From assembly GCA_964187785.1 (NCBI GenBank), contig OZ076409.1, positions 77,502,001-77,566,000 of the forward strand: a stretch of DNA of 64,000 nucleotides. The letters are read 5' to 3'. Source of the DNA: Amphiscolops sp. MND2022. Lineage: Eukaryota. The notes below the pieces were generated by a model. The model ran no database searches. It was given only the letters and a program-made list of their open reading frames with translations, and was not told the origin of the DNA. This document shows positions 12,447 through 24,526 of this stretch, one piece after another. Both the position numbers and the translations under genes were made by a program. The stretch's first letter is position 1; each line of letters begins with the position of its first letter.

Positions 12447-13597
12447 TTGTCAGTACGGGGAAACATCACAATAATGTAGGTGGATTTTTATTACATGTAT
12501 ATTGTCACGAGGGTTTAGGTGGAAAGAACACGACATCACACTGAATAAACCCAGTCTAGTGAGCACTGAGATACATGCCTGGAGCCAAATTATTGAGCAG
12601 GAGACCAATGTGAGGGTTGCAAGAAAGAGACTTGAAATGGACAAGAAGTTCGAAGCCATTTTCAAAGGAATGAGGACAAATGAAAATAGGCATAGAATGA
12701 CAAACCCAACGTAAGAGGTGGAAGATATAAATAACGTAGGCCTTTTGGGAGCCAAAAATGAGTGGTTTATTAGCGTTCAAAGCGCAGATAAAGACAATAT
12801 CAACTCAAAAACTAAAGATTTTCTCTTTGACCCTCGGAAATGAAAGAGCTTAGTCAACCTGTAAAAGGAGCTAACCAAAATGAACAAAACTTATATGAAA
12901 CCATAATCATAAACGACCAGGCGGAAAAGGGTTTTAATAACACCTAGCTAAATTGCCATGATATCATAGAACTCTCACGGAAACGTACATGGATGAAATT
13001 TTACCGGTTCTATGGAAATTAAACAACCTGCATAAAAGGTGCATACTATAATTGGCGGTAAATGGGCGCCATGAAGTTGTGCAAGTTTCATCCGAAAGCT
13101 TTGAATTGTATGTAACTAATTGATTACATAAGTTGGATTTTCAAGAATTTGAAGCGTGAAATCAAAGTGATAGAGGCGATGGGAAAGTGGAAACTCAATC
13201 GATTTGTAAACTACCATCTTTCATGAATAATTGTATTATAAAATTATGGAATTCAGTAGTTCACTTACCTACTTACTTACTAGAATATGTTACTAATGTC
13301 ACGAAATGATTTTTTCCCGGTCAAGCTAGTCTCGAATCTGTAGTATACGAATCATATTTCGCTTAGGTGGTTTTATCTCTGAGTTTTCTCTCTGAGTTGA
13401 TTTTTATGTCCTATTTTTCCGCTTCTCTTGTTTAGGGGAGTACGAAAAAAACACCGCATTACCTCTGTGAAGCTTTTGTTAAACAACGAACACAAATTTC
13501 ATTTTTCTTAAACGATCAGTGATTTTATGTCTTCATCCATGGTCGCTTTTATCACGCGTTGTTATAACATGAAGCAAGTGATGTCAATGACACTAAC

Positions 13598-13799
13598 GAT
13601 TTCGAATAAGCATGTAAATATGTCAGCAGAACGGGGTGAAGTAGAATTTGTTTTGATTCGGCTTCAGTGACATCAAGCTGGGATAAATGAATCAGCATGT
13701 TGATTTTCCACAAAGAGCAGCAAGAGTTAATATCCATCTGACTTCTGAACAACGAATAGTCGACTTCCACTGAGAAGTCGGGATCTCCTTGAGAAAGGC
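13598..13799 (-). pseudogene. TRPA-like ion channel, copy A, exon 2 (...KQILLHPVLLTYLH...)
   Basis: Acceptor cttcag|GC and donor TC|gttagt; 202 nt, collinear with copy B exon 2. Confidence 0.8.
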
Positions 13800-13849
13800 C
13801 TGAAGCATCAAACACGAGGTTGCTTATCGCACCAGATTATAACATTTTT

Positions 13850-16800
13850 AATTTTTTCTACTACTTTCTGCAACCACTCCAACATCGAACGATATGAAAC
13901 GTAGAAATATTGGGTTGAAAAAACGAAAGATCTGCTATCTAGTTTTTGCAATATCAATCGAACCGCTTAAAAAGCGATTGGAAGGAATATAATCAAATAC
14001 TGTATTTTGAAATCCGGTGACGTTGAGTCAAACCCGGGGGCGCAAATCATTTACAAGCTGCTTACTCAATTGTTTATCAGGAACAAAAGAAAACTGAAGT
14101 TCATTCTAATCAATTGTCAGAGTTTAAACAAGAAAGGTGATACTTTGAAAGAACTATTGGATGACCTAGGAGAAAATACTATATATGGAATTACAAAAAC
14201 ATGGCTCGGTGAACTCGATGAAGCTAAACTCTGGGAAATAAATGAAACCTTCAAATTTTTTCGATGTGACCGGAAAACGGATTTTAAAGAGCGCGGTGGG
14301 GGGGGGGGGGTGATGTTGGCTGTCCCTAAATCGCGCAATCCAAAAGAACGCAAATATTTGAGCTATTTGAAAAAAATGTCATTGAAAGCATCCGGATAGA
14401 ATGTAGAACTACTAATTCTTCGGCAACAGAGAATAACCAACTGATTAACATCAGTTGAAACCCGCATAAGCATTACTATCGACAGTTTTCGGAAAAATTC
14501 TCAACTAGCATCGATTATGCTATTACAAAAATAAACCTCTTGTTTCAATGGGTGATTATTATATAATTGTTTTGAACAAAAATGAACAAGATTGCTTGGA
14601 GACTATTTTGATACCCTATTGTCTCTATGTCATGCACAAAGAGCTCCCCACCAGAGTCGTTCGAACATCGAAAACTTTGATTGACTACATTATACGGATC
14701 ATCTTAATGCTGAAACGTTTGAAACCCATGTGTCGGATACACGTTTTCATACATCAAAAAACAGACCCATTGATCAGCAAGTAACATCGATTAATAGGGA
14801 TTTTCATATTATCACTAATAAAAATGGTACAGCTAAAAAATTTTCGATAAGAAGAAGTACAGAAAAGATCTTTTTTGTCGCGATCTGGAATCGAGCGACT
14901 GGAGCAGTTTTTATCGCCAGAATAGCGCCGAGATATGTTCTCAGTATTCAGTAACATCTTTGAAAAATCTCTTGAAAACTGTTTAAACGCAATCATAAAA
15001 GTTCAATAAGTATTCAAATGTCTTGGATCGAACACGAAACTAAAAAAATGTTTGCAAAAATGAAAGAATTCAAGCATCCTGATGACATTTCTTATAATTT
15101 AATTCAACAAAATTTTTGCGAGAAACTGAATAAAAACCGCCCAGACACAAAACTAACATTTTCAAACAACTCTAATCAGATCGACAAAAATGGAACTTCA
15201 TAAATGGTGCTCGGAATTCTAAAAGATGCAAAAAAGAATTCATTTGGGGATATAAAAACGGACCTAAAGATGATTGTAAATTTACTCAACTACCGTTTCT
15301 CAAAACGCGGTGACTACATTGGACCGAAGCAAAAAAAACGTTTGATGAAGAAATTGAAACAAGAGTCAAAGCGAATGTGACATTCAAAATTCAGCCCATT
15401 ACTCTATATACTTGCATACAATTTCTTGAAGAACTTAACAAAACTAAACCTTTGGGTCCGTTCAATAGCCCAGCTTGGGCTTTGAAAGATTCCATCAGTG
15501 TGATAGCTGAGCCTCTCTGCTTTCTCGTAGACGCATTTTCGAATGAAGGTAAGTTTCCCAGGAATCTTAAACAAGCTCATATTTGCCAAATTTTCAAAAA
15601 GCGTGACACTGAAAATCCAAACAACTATAGACCTATTTCTATTACAGCAGCCTTATCCAAGGTTTTCGAAAAAATAATTCGTGAACAAATTACCAACTAT
15701 ATTGAAAACAACAAACTTTTTCCCCGGTACAACTTGGTTTCACAAAACATATATCCACGACGGAAGCACTGGTTTTCACAACTGAAAAAAAAATAAGAAA
15801 AGAAATTGATAACCATTACTTTGTTGCCGCTGTTTTTTTGGATCATCAAAAGCAAAAGCCGCACATGAAATACTTCTCAAAAAGCTGGAAACGCTTCAAT
15901 TTGATCTAATCGCAGTTTCATTGATACAAAGTTTTCTCACTGGATGGACTCAAAAAGTTGTTTTGTCCACATCTAAATCTGACTGGATTACTTTATATCA
16001 AGGCGTCCCACAAGGTACTGTTCTCGGCCCCTTGCTTTTCAATCTTTATGTCAATAGTATGCAGATCATATTGCCAGAAAACCCCGATTTGGTGCAGTAC
16101 GCTGACGATACGTTCGTCTTTGTTGCGGTAAATTGTATTGAATTTGGAATTACCAATCTTGACAGAATTTTAGAGAACCCTAATTGATTACTTCGGATCA
16201 CATCGACTCAACATAAGTGCCGAAACAAAAGAGTTCATTGTCTTCTGTAAACAATCGAAAAACGCTTCGGAAGAAAATGTTTCAAACAAATGAGTTACAA
16301 GTTCACAGTCATTCTATCAAACAAAAAGAGTGTGTAAAAAATCTTGGTGTACAATTGGATCAGAACCTCAACTATCAGAACGAAGTAAAAAATCTTTTAC
16401 GGAAAATGGCCTGCGGTATCATAAAAATTTACTGTTTTCTTACAAACAAAAACCAGACTACTGTTACTAAATGCCCTTGTTATTAGCCACTAACATAACT
16501 CTTCTATACTCTTGAATGGCATTTCTCGAAGCCTCATTTCGACCCTGGAAAATAACTAAATTGGGTAATCAAAGCATGCTTCAATAGATATAAAATGGAT
16601 TCAGCACACGATGTTGGGTTACACTATCGAATTTTATCGGTTCGTCATCTGCTGGACTTGAAAGCGGTTTTATTTTTGTTGAATTGGAAATACAATCTTT
16701 CGGCCGCTTTTTCACGGCTCCAGATCGCCACTGCAAATCTGAATACACATGAAAGAGCGTTAAATTTAACATATCATGGTTTTACCAACAGCCTTTTCAG

Positions 16801-17290
16801 GAGAGTAGTACCTTTGTGGAACTCGTTGCCTTGAATGCTGAAATTGGGAAATCAGACGTATGAAAATGTAATGAAGAGGTTGAAAACGTTTTTTAATGAG
16901 AAATTTGTCTTTGTCATTGATAGACCTCAGTTTTGTCAGAAATGTTGGAGTGAATATCCTTTCAAGTAGTCAAATTTGATTGCTCAATATTTGTTTTTTC
17001 TACAATTTGTTGTAATGTCCATTTTTTTAATATAACGGTTTTACACTGCCCTTCATATGTTCGTTTACATTATAGATATTTTATATGAAGGAATACAGTG
17101 TTTTCTGTTATTTATAATGCAAGAGTCTGTCTTCTTCCCGGTTAGTTTCCCAGAGTTTTCTTCCAGAGTTCTCTTACAGATTAGGTCTGGTCTGGTATAA
17201 AATGAGCACGTAGGTAGACTTGAGACTCTCTTCGGAAAACTCTTTTTCGCCGTTAAAATATATTCCCATAATATATAAATAATAATGTGT
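13850..17290 (+). mobile_element. Decayed non-LTR retrotransposon (CR1/L2-group LINE): 2A-like motif, APE endonuclease, reverse transcriptase
   Basis: Frameshifted ORF2. APE motifs INCQSL, ITKTWL, RCDR...GGGV, MGDY and TLIDYI; RT motifs NYRPIS, GVPQGTVLGPLLF, YADDT and VKNLGV; C-terminal LWNSLP; AT-rich (AAT)n-like tail near 17280. Ends approximate. Confidence 0.9.
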
Positions 17291-19199
17291 TAAAAATGAC
17301 TATGTTGTATACAAACTCAACTAATTGATTGCTAATAATTTGGAATCAGCATTCTGTCAAACTCTTGTTTTACTCATTGCTGTTTGACAAATTAATAGTA
17401 CGTGTTTTCCGATGTAAGCTCGGTCAAGAAATTCGTTTATTGTCAAAGTTTTGGCGAACGAAGAAAAATGCAAAAGATAAACGTTCTTTACGACTATCAC
17501 AGGTTTTTTGGAATTCACGTTTTTTTCGAATTCAATCACTTGCAGATCAGAAATTCACGTGGTCTTGGTAAAACTATTTTTTGAATTTTAAAATATACCA
17601 AGGAGACCAAACATGAATGTTTTTGAAAGTCTACAGGCATTGATACCTTATTGTTGCCAATTTCAATTGAATTCAAGAAAAACAATTTGAAGGTTGAAAA
17701 CTCTAGAAACTTCCTCCGAAAAACCGCAAAAACAATATTCTTTGCCAACTAATGTTACCAAAGACCCATATTATAACATTTGATTGCTTCTCATGAAGCT
17801 ACGGAAATGTTACTTCGCGTTGATTGAATATCTTTGAGCCTCAAGAGCAAGACCTTTCAGAAAATCTGCCTAATTTTGTAATTATTCTGTAAACATGTTT
17901 AATAAGTTGGAACAAACTCTGTAAGTTGGGCTCTCTTTTGAAGTTGAGAAATCTAAAAGATCAAGACATTTTAAGGAAGTTGGGACATGCAAGTTTCAAA
18001 GTATTGAAAAGCATCACAAATGGGTTTGATGTTCATATCGACAGCGAATTATCGCGAACAACTAGCGACATCACGCAGGTAAAAATTGTTGAAGCTTGGC
18101 ATCCTTGGTGTCTCTGGAATTTTCGAAGCATTCAAACATACCTTACCTCCGTTCCAGGTTGCTTGCATAAGAAATGAACAAATCTAAGTTGTTGTTCCAA
18201 ATTCCTGAAAAATCACAATTTCTATCCAGTTTTGTGAAATTTTCCAACGGAATGCACATCGAGCACATAATGGACAACTATTACTGAAACAGAACAGTTT
18301 CGCCAAACGCCCTGATGATCAATTATCCAAAAAAGCAGTCGTCTATTCGTTCAATGCATCGAAAGCATCGTAGAGAGTCTTCTACCTTTGTAACTAATCC
18401 ATCATTCTGTCTAAAAGTCAGATTCTCGAGAAAGATAGAGATATCACAAAGATCATATCCAACTGGAATGGAAAAGCACATTCACGGAAAAGCAATAAAA
18501 TTTTGACGGACCATTGAGCAATAGAATGGTTAATTAACCGCAACCGCTACAAAGAGAATTTTCCGCGTACGATTAACGCGCTGCCTACAGTAGTGATTCT
18601 AGAAGAAGCAACATACCACGCGGAAAGAAAGCAAATAAACAAATTACATTGGCTGAGCAATGTCTCACGCGCTCATTTTATTGGTCGAGGGTGATTTGCA
18701 AAACATCATATTTTAGTTTTTTGAATATATGACACACTTACAACTTTTTGATTTCAAAATAAGTTTGACAGAAAATTTCCCATACATTTCGAACATGACA
18801 ATATACTTTTTTCTCGAAAATATTCTAAATTGTAATTGTATAACTTGTTTTAAGTTGATAAAGTTCAAAATCATATCTTAATATATGTAGTTTTGAAAAA
18901 GTCTAATTTTACAGCGTAATTTTTCAACCATTTTAGGATGATTTCTACATCAAAACATATCAAGGGCTTCAGTTAAATCAAGGGAGTCGAATGCACATAA
19001 AATTTTCCTAAAATTCCAGGCAAAGGTTGACTGAAAATGAAAAAAACTTCAATTTTACCTAAATTTGGTTAAAATTGGCCTATCCTAACTTCTACAATTT
19101 TCATCGCATAACCTTCAAATAAACATATTTGTAAACTAGATAAAAATCTAAGAAATTTTCACTAATATCAATTTTCAAAAATCGCTGCTGTTTTAGAAA

Positions 19200-22100
19200 T
19201 ATTCGATTTTGAGATTTGCCTTTTGTTGCTTTTAGAAATATCACTACTGTAGACAAATTGGCACACTTCACTATAATGGAATGCATGCAAGCGTTTAGTA
19301 GTGCAGCGCTGAATCCAAGCACACTGGTGCGGAACGATGAAGCGTACGAAAAGGAGTACGCAATAAAGAGCAACGTTCCGCATTACAAGTTTGTTTTAAA
19401 GTTTGGTTGCCCCTACAACCTTTTTGACCAATCACATCACAGCCACTATCGAACGACAAAATGAACCCGAAACAAACAAAGAACAGTCATCGGACACCAT
19501 GCGTGATTGAAACATCATTGAAGGGCCTTTATCGCAATGAGAATAGCAGCAGACCCAAACAGATTAACCACAACTTCAAACCCAATGAAGGCGAGAACCG
19601 TTGATAAACTAGAAAGAAAGGACACATCTCAAGAAACCTCTGATCTGATCGAGCGGTGGCAAAACATAGCAAACCCAGGAATCCACCGATCCTCCAAAGC
19701 CAAGTAGAAAAAAAACACAAAGGGAACTTCTTACGTGGTGAAAGTAAATTAGTCGAGGGAAGACTACGAGAAAGCGTCCGCAGCCTACGTAGTCGGCCGT
19801 GGAATTCCGTAACCGACTTCAACAAAGCCGAACGTTCTACATTCCAGCCTGGCAATTCTCCTTGCCATCAACTTTTTAAAGCATCTTTATTCCGAGACAA
19901 CAAGCAGTTGGAACATTGTGCAGCTATCATCAATTCGATCAACTGTTCCCATCAGAAGGACATCCGGCGCAAAGACCAATCTTAGAAGGAGAAATCTTCA
20001 GTCACTCCGAATGGGAGCCATCGGAACGGAAACTAAGGACACGAAACCGGGTCAATTACGCAGTGGAAAAAACCGTCCACTTTACCAAAATTGTCCATGC
20101 TCCCAGAGTTCAAGCAATCAACTAAAATAACTGGGACGCGGAAAGTACCGTCATGGAGACTTTTGAGGAAATTGAAAAGGATCTTCAATTACTTATGACC
20201 AGGACACCACGGAATATCCGAAACTCATCAAAACTCTGGTCTGTCTGGAGACAACAGCACGACATAAGTCCAAAATAAAACAGCCAATACTCGAAGTTGT
20301 CAACGAGATACCTACTGGTGTTCTTTGAAGACAAAATAGTAGTGCCGATAAACCACAGAACGATAATCATAACATTAATCACCAAAGACATCGCGCTAAC
20401 TTTAGAATTTTCCTTGCAGCAAAAATTTTGTGGTCGAAACTAACAGAAGCGTTATAAAGGAAAAGCGACACAAACGTCTCGTGCAAACTCTCAAACTAGA
20501 ATAAAAAACCAAATATACCTAAAACGAAACCAATAGCCTCCAACTATTATGCGCACCGAACCAACAGATGTAAACGGATATCATTAAATCAATCGAGTAA
20601 CAGAGCTGTAGATTCCACATTTTGTTTTGCCATTAAACGGTACGGTGAATGTGGGTGGCATGCCCGCCTAAAACCACTGTCGGAAACGGCAAGAAATGTC
20701 TCTGGAACAAAATATCAACTTAAATGATGTTCAAAAACAAATTCGAACCGGTGAAGCCTCAGCGTTTATAGGCTATTATTTCAAAAACTACTGAGAAACT
20801 TTTTCATTTCTCTTGCACACGGTACACCGTACATACATCCTCTGACCAGACTGGTCGACAAGGGCGACTCTACATAAGAGGAAAACCTGCTAAGCAGCAT
20901 AAAATTGGGTGATTTTTTCCGAGAAGCATTTGATCTGGTAATGCACGTAATGCGAACCAGCACTGATTTTAGATTGAAAAATCTGTGTTTGAACTGCACT
21001 TCAGCAAAAACCCAACACCAAACTAAGCAACATGTTGGACATAAATAATGCTAAACAACGAATTAAGATATTGTAGTTCAGCAAAGCCACACACCTTACA
21101 GGTATACATTTTCAGTGAAGAAGGAGGTAGCTTCAGATCATCTACCAAAGAAATTGAAGGACAAAACTGAAGAGGAGTTTGAAAAAATCCGTTTCATCCC
21201 TTTGAACGACAGCACCAGAGAAAACCCTTTGAAGCAACCTACTCATTCCACTTACAAACAGCGACATCGGAACCTACATGGTCTACATCTGATAGTGAAA
21301 AACATACCGCAATTCAATAATTGAACACCCTTCGAACTTTTAAACAGGCGCCAATCAACCAGGCCGAAAGAACCAGATTGTAGATTTCTCAAGAAAAACA
21401 CACCAAAAGTGGTGAAAAACACTGAAGAACTTGTAACCATATTAGACGACTGCCTATCATCACCAGAACAACAATACCTCAGTCCTGAAACATTCGAGCC
21501 AAAACCGAAAGACACATTTGGCTGTGAACGGTCCCAGATAATTCAGAACAGAACGACATCGGAAAAAATACACGAAGACGGACAACACTAGGTGTCAAGC
21601 GCAATCATAGGATCACTGATTGTTGTAACGGATCATATGTCACACTTGGACACAGGCCAAGCAATCAGAAATGCTCATAACTCCAAACAAGAAATACAAA
21701 TCAAAAACAAAAACGGTAAGAAACTTTTTAACCAATTCGAACGAAAGTAACGTTAATTAATTAGTAACGTTAGCTCAAGTTACGATTTCGAAAAAGAATC
21801 AGGGTCATAAGAAAAAATAGCTTACGCTGGTCAAACCGACTAACAAAAACTAACCTAATTGTTTTCCAATTGGGCTGAAATATCCAGTTAACCAATTGGA
21901 CGAAACCCATTTGAACTAAATAATCCAGGTAATCAAAATGATTACTGTATATTAGGAAACACTGTACAAAGGTTGAACCTCTCACTGTTGATTGGAACAA
22001 CAGACAGGGCAACGGAAAAAGACATCAAAGACAAGCAGTGACCCGACAAGAACAAAAGAACATTACAAAAGCCCACCAACGGAAAGAGAACTAGTAGCGC

Positions 22101-22240
22101 ACGGAATTTTGGAGGAACTGTCGACGGATCATGGACAGAACACCGAGCACTCGAATTGTTTAATCTTGTTGATAAACAGTCACAGAATACTGTTATTAAA
22201 TTTAGTTTTGCACATAACTTCTTGACACTCTCTGTTCCTA
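19200..22240 (+). mobile_element. Heavily decayed Ty3/Gypsy-type pol (integrase region) fragment
   Basis: Integrase-like remnants FEDKIVVP (~20325), IRTGEASAF (20741) and GTPYIHPLTRLVDKG (20821); A-rich coding-like strand with many stops. Ends approximate. Confidence 0.55.
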
Positions 22241-22452
22241 TCATGCCAATATAGAGAAATTTTTAGTAGAAAACAATTAGCCAAGTTAACCATTTGATTC
22301 TTACTTCTTTCCAATTGAGAAGTCCTAAATTGGGTTTACTTCATGTTCTCACGGTTTCCATGTGTCTTTCACCAAGAATGATTGCTATAGTCAAACATAA
22401 CCTTGATTGAATCAGCTTTTTTGGCATGTCAGACATCGCATTCCAAATTTGG

Positions 22453-22572
22453 TTGAGAAGACGGTGTCGTCTCATATGGTGCCGTCATATGGTGCCGTCA
22501 TATGGTGCCGTCATATGGTGCCGTCATATGGTGCCGTCATATGGTGCCATATTGAGAAGACGGTGCCGTCTC
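22453..22572. repeat. 13-bp minisatellite (CATATGGTGCCGT, 5 full units plus a partial) between two TTGAGAAGACGGTGYCGTCTC copies
   Basis: Read directly from the sequence. Confidence 0.9.
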
Positions 22573-24150
22573 ACCATAAAGTGTTTTGATGTCACCCTGA
22601 CATAGTCTGGATCATTGATGACTTTTGATTTGATGATCATTGAACTAAGATTTAGTAAAATCTGGAAGGAAAGTTTGTACGACTTGTATTTGGTCCAAAC
22701 TGTGTTAAGGCAGCCGGGTACTAACTAAGGTTATTATAATGATGCGCTGATGGAAAAGTCCATTGATAAAAGAGTTATTCGTGTCAAATGGCTTATAAAT
22801 TCACGTTCTGAACTGGTTTTCAGAGGCAAAAACATAAATGTAGATGAAGAAACAGTGTTTTCAACCTCAAAAACAGAAAATCACAGTTAAGCATTAGACA
22901 GACAGTTTTTTCTTTAATTTGTTCAAAAAGTGATGAAAGAAACATATTAGTACTAATTAGCCGTTTTCTTGAAGAAGGAAAACTAGGTTAAACCCCTGAC
23001 TTGTGTAGCGGCAAGCCGTTATCGGTCGCTTAACGCGTTAGCAGAGGTGGAGGAACCTGCAGAAATGGATGGTCCCAGGCTTTGATTGCTAATAATAAGG
23101 GGCATCTTCCTGGTTCTCTAAAGACCACTGCTTAACTAGCACAAAAAACAATATGCCCTGTGCTCCAGCTTGTAGCTGTGTTGTCTGCCAGATTTATGCG
23201 TGCTTTGATGTATTTTCACTGGCTTTAGCTGTATTTGTTAGCCCGAGAGTTAGTTTCGGCAATTTTAGATACTATTCCGATGTCACCCTGGAACTAGAAT
23301 ATACTAGAATACTTATTCTTGACATTGTTTTTGCTTGCCCGGGGCTCCAAGCACCGAACAAAGATGTTTAGGCGAAAAGACTCATCTTTATGGTTTCTGC
23401 TACATAGTGTAGCATAATGCTGAAAATTGATAAAAACCGGGGTTAGCGCCTCAAAGAGTCTTTCTATGACTTTTTGCATTCTTTATGGGCTCTCAGGCCA
23501 TGTCGTTCTCTGTGTTCTCGCTCGGGCCGCTCTCGTCCTCGTTTTGCATTGAAATTGGCGAAAACAGCGAAAAGAGCAATAACATGCTCAGTGCCACTTC
23601 AAACGTCGAATTAGAATTTTTCATGAAATTTCTTGATATGTCACAATTCCAAAATCGACTGATTTTACTGTACCAGAAGGTGCCGTTACATTGAGTTTAG
23701 ACTACAAAGACGATAATCACCAGAAGTAGATCAAAGTTTTCGTGGTCTGCGCACACATATGACCCCCGAAGAATAAATCATGAAAAATGATAAGTGGAAC
23801 AAAATTGGCACGAAATCAATGCAGTTTTGTTATGTATTTTGTGTTCTGTGTATGCGTGTAAACACAAACAAACATAAACTCTTCGAAGTCTCACATTGAT
23901 CCGTTTCGAGGAGTGTTGATATTTGTTGTTAAAGCTCACTTTTGGGGGAAAATCTCAAGCATATTTTTGAGGCGCAGAAGTTTCAGGCTTTTTTTTCAAG
24001 AAAAGAATTTGGAAAAGAAAAGAAAACCAATGAATCTCTGATTTCTGGGGTGCAACCCGAGGAGTTTTTGATAAAATGTTGGATGTTTCGATACACTGTC
24101 ATTAAATCTTTCTTAATACTTTCAGAAAGCACCAAAAAGCTTCCACTAAC

Positions 24151-24526
24151 CTTTGTACTCAATTTGCTTGTCCAAAATTTTCAAAACAGTCAATGGCCAT
24201 CGTTCCAGAAGCTTGGGGAAAACTTTTCCAATAGTTTGAAGCGAAATGTCTGATCGAATAGCGCTCGGGACGCTTCCTTCTTCCAAAGAAAAACTGTCAA
24301 ACCCTTCAGGATTGCTGACTGCCCTTTCGACCCCTTCATCATTGCTGTTTCCCAGGAGCAACAACGTCTCTACCATTTGAGAAGTTTTTGCGAGATTGAT
24401 CAAATCCACGTTAGAAGACAAAACAACAGGATTGACCTTCAAAATTTTCTCTACTTCAGATACATCATTGGCAATAATGAGCTCTCTGATATCAGAGCTG
24501 CAAGACGATTCCTGAAAAGCATCCAT
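24151..24526 (-). pseudogene. TRPA-like ion channel, copy A (probable pseudogene), exon 1
   Basis: ATG at 24526 aligns with the copy B start Met; donor AAAG|gttagt, phase 1. Confidence 0.75.

Noticed and set aside
18147..18204. Minus-strand 58-nt segment with strong splice signals (tttttcag...gtaagg) as an extra exon of copy A
   Set aside because: It is not a multiple of 3, has no counterpart in copy B, and exon 1 already splices in frame to exon 2.
17300..18500. Possible decayed transposase relic
   Set aside because: Only vague motif resemblance across many stops; cannot be supported without a profile search.
22453..22572. CRISPR-like array
   Set aside because: Contiguous 13-bp units with no unique spacers, in a eukaryotic context with no cas genes.
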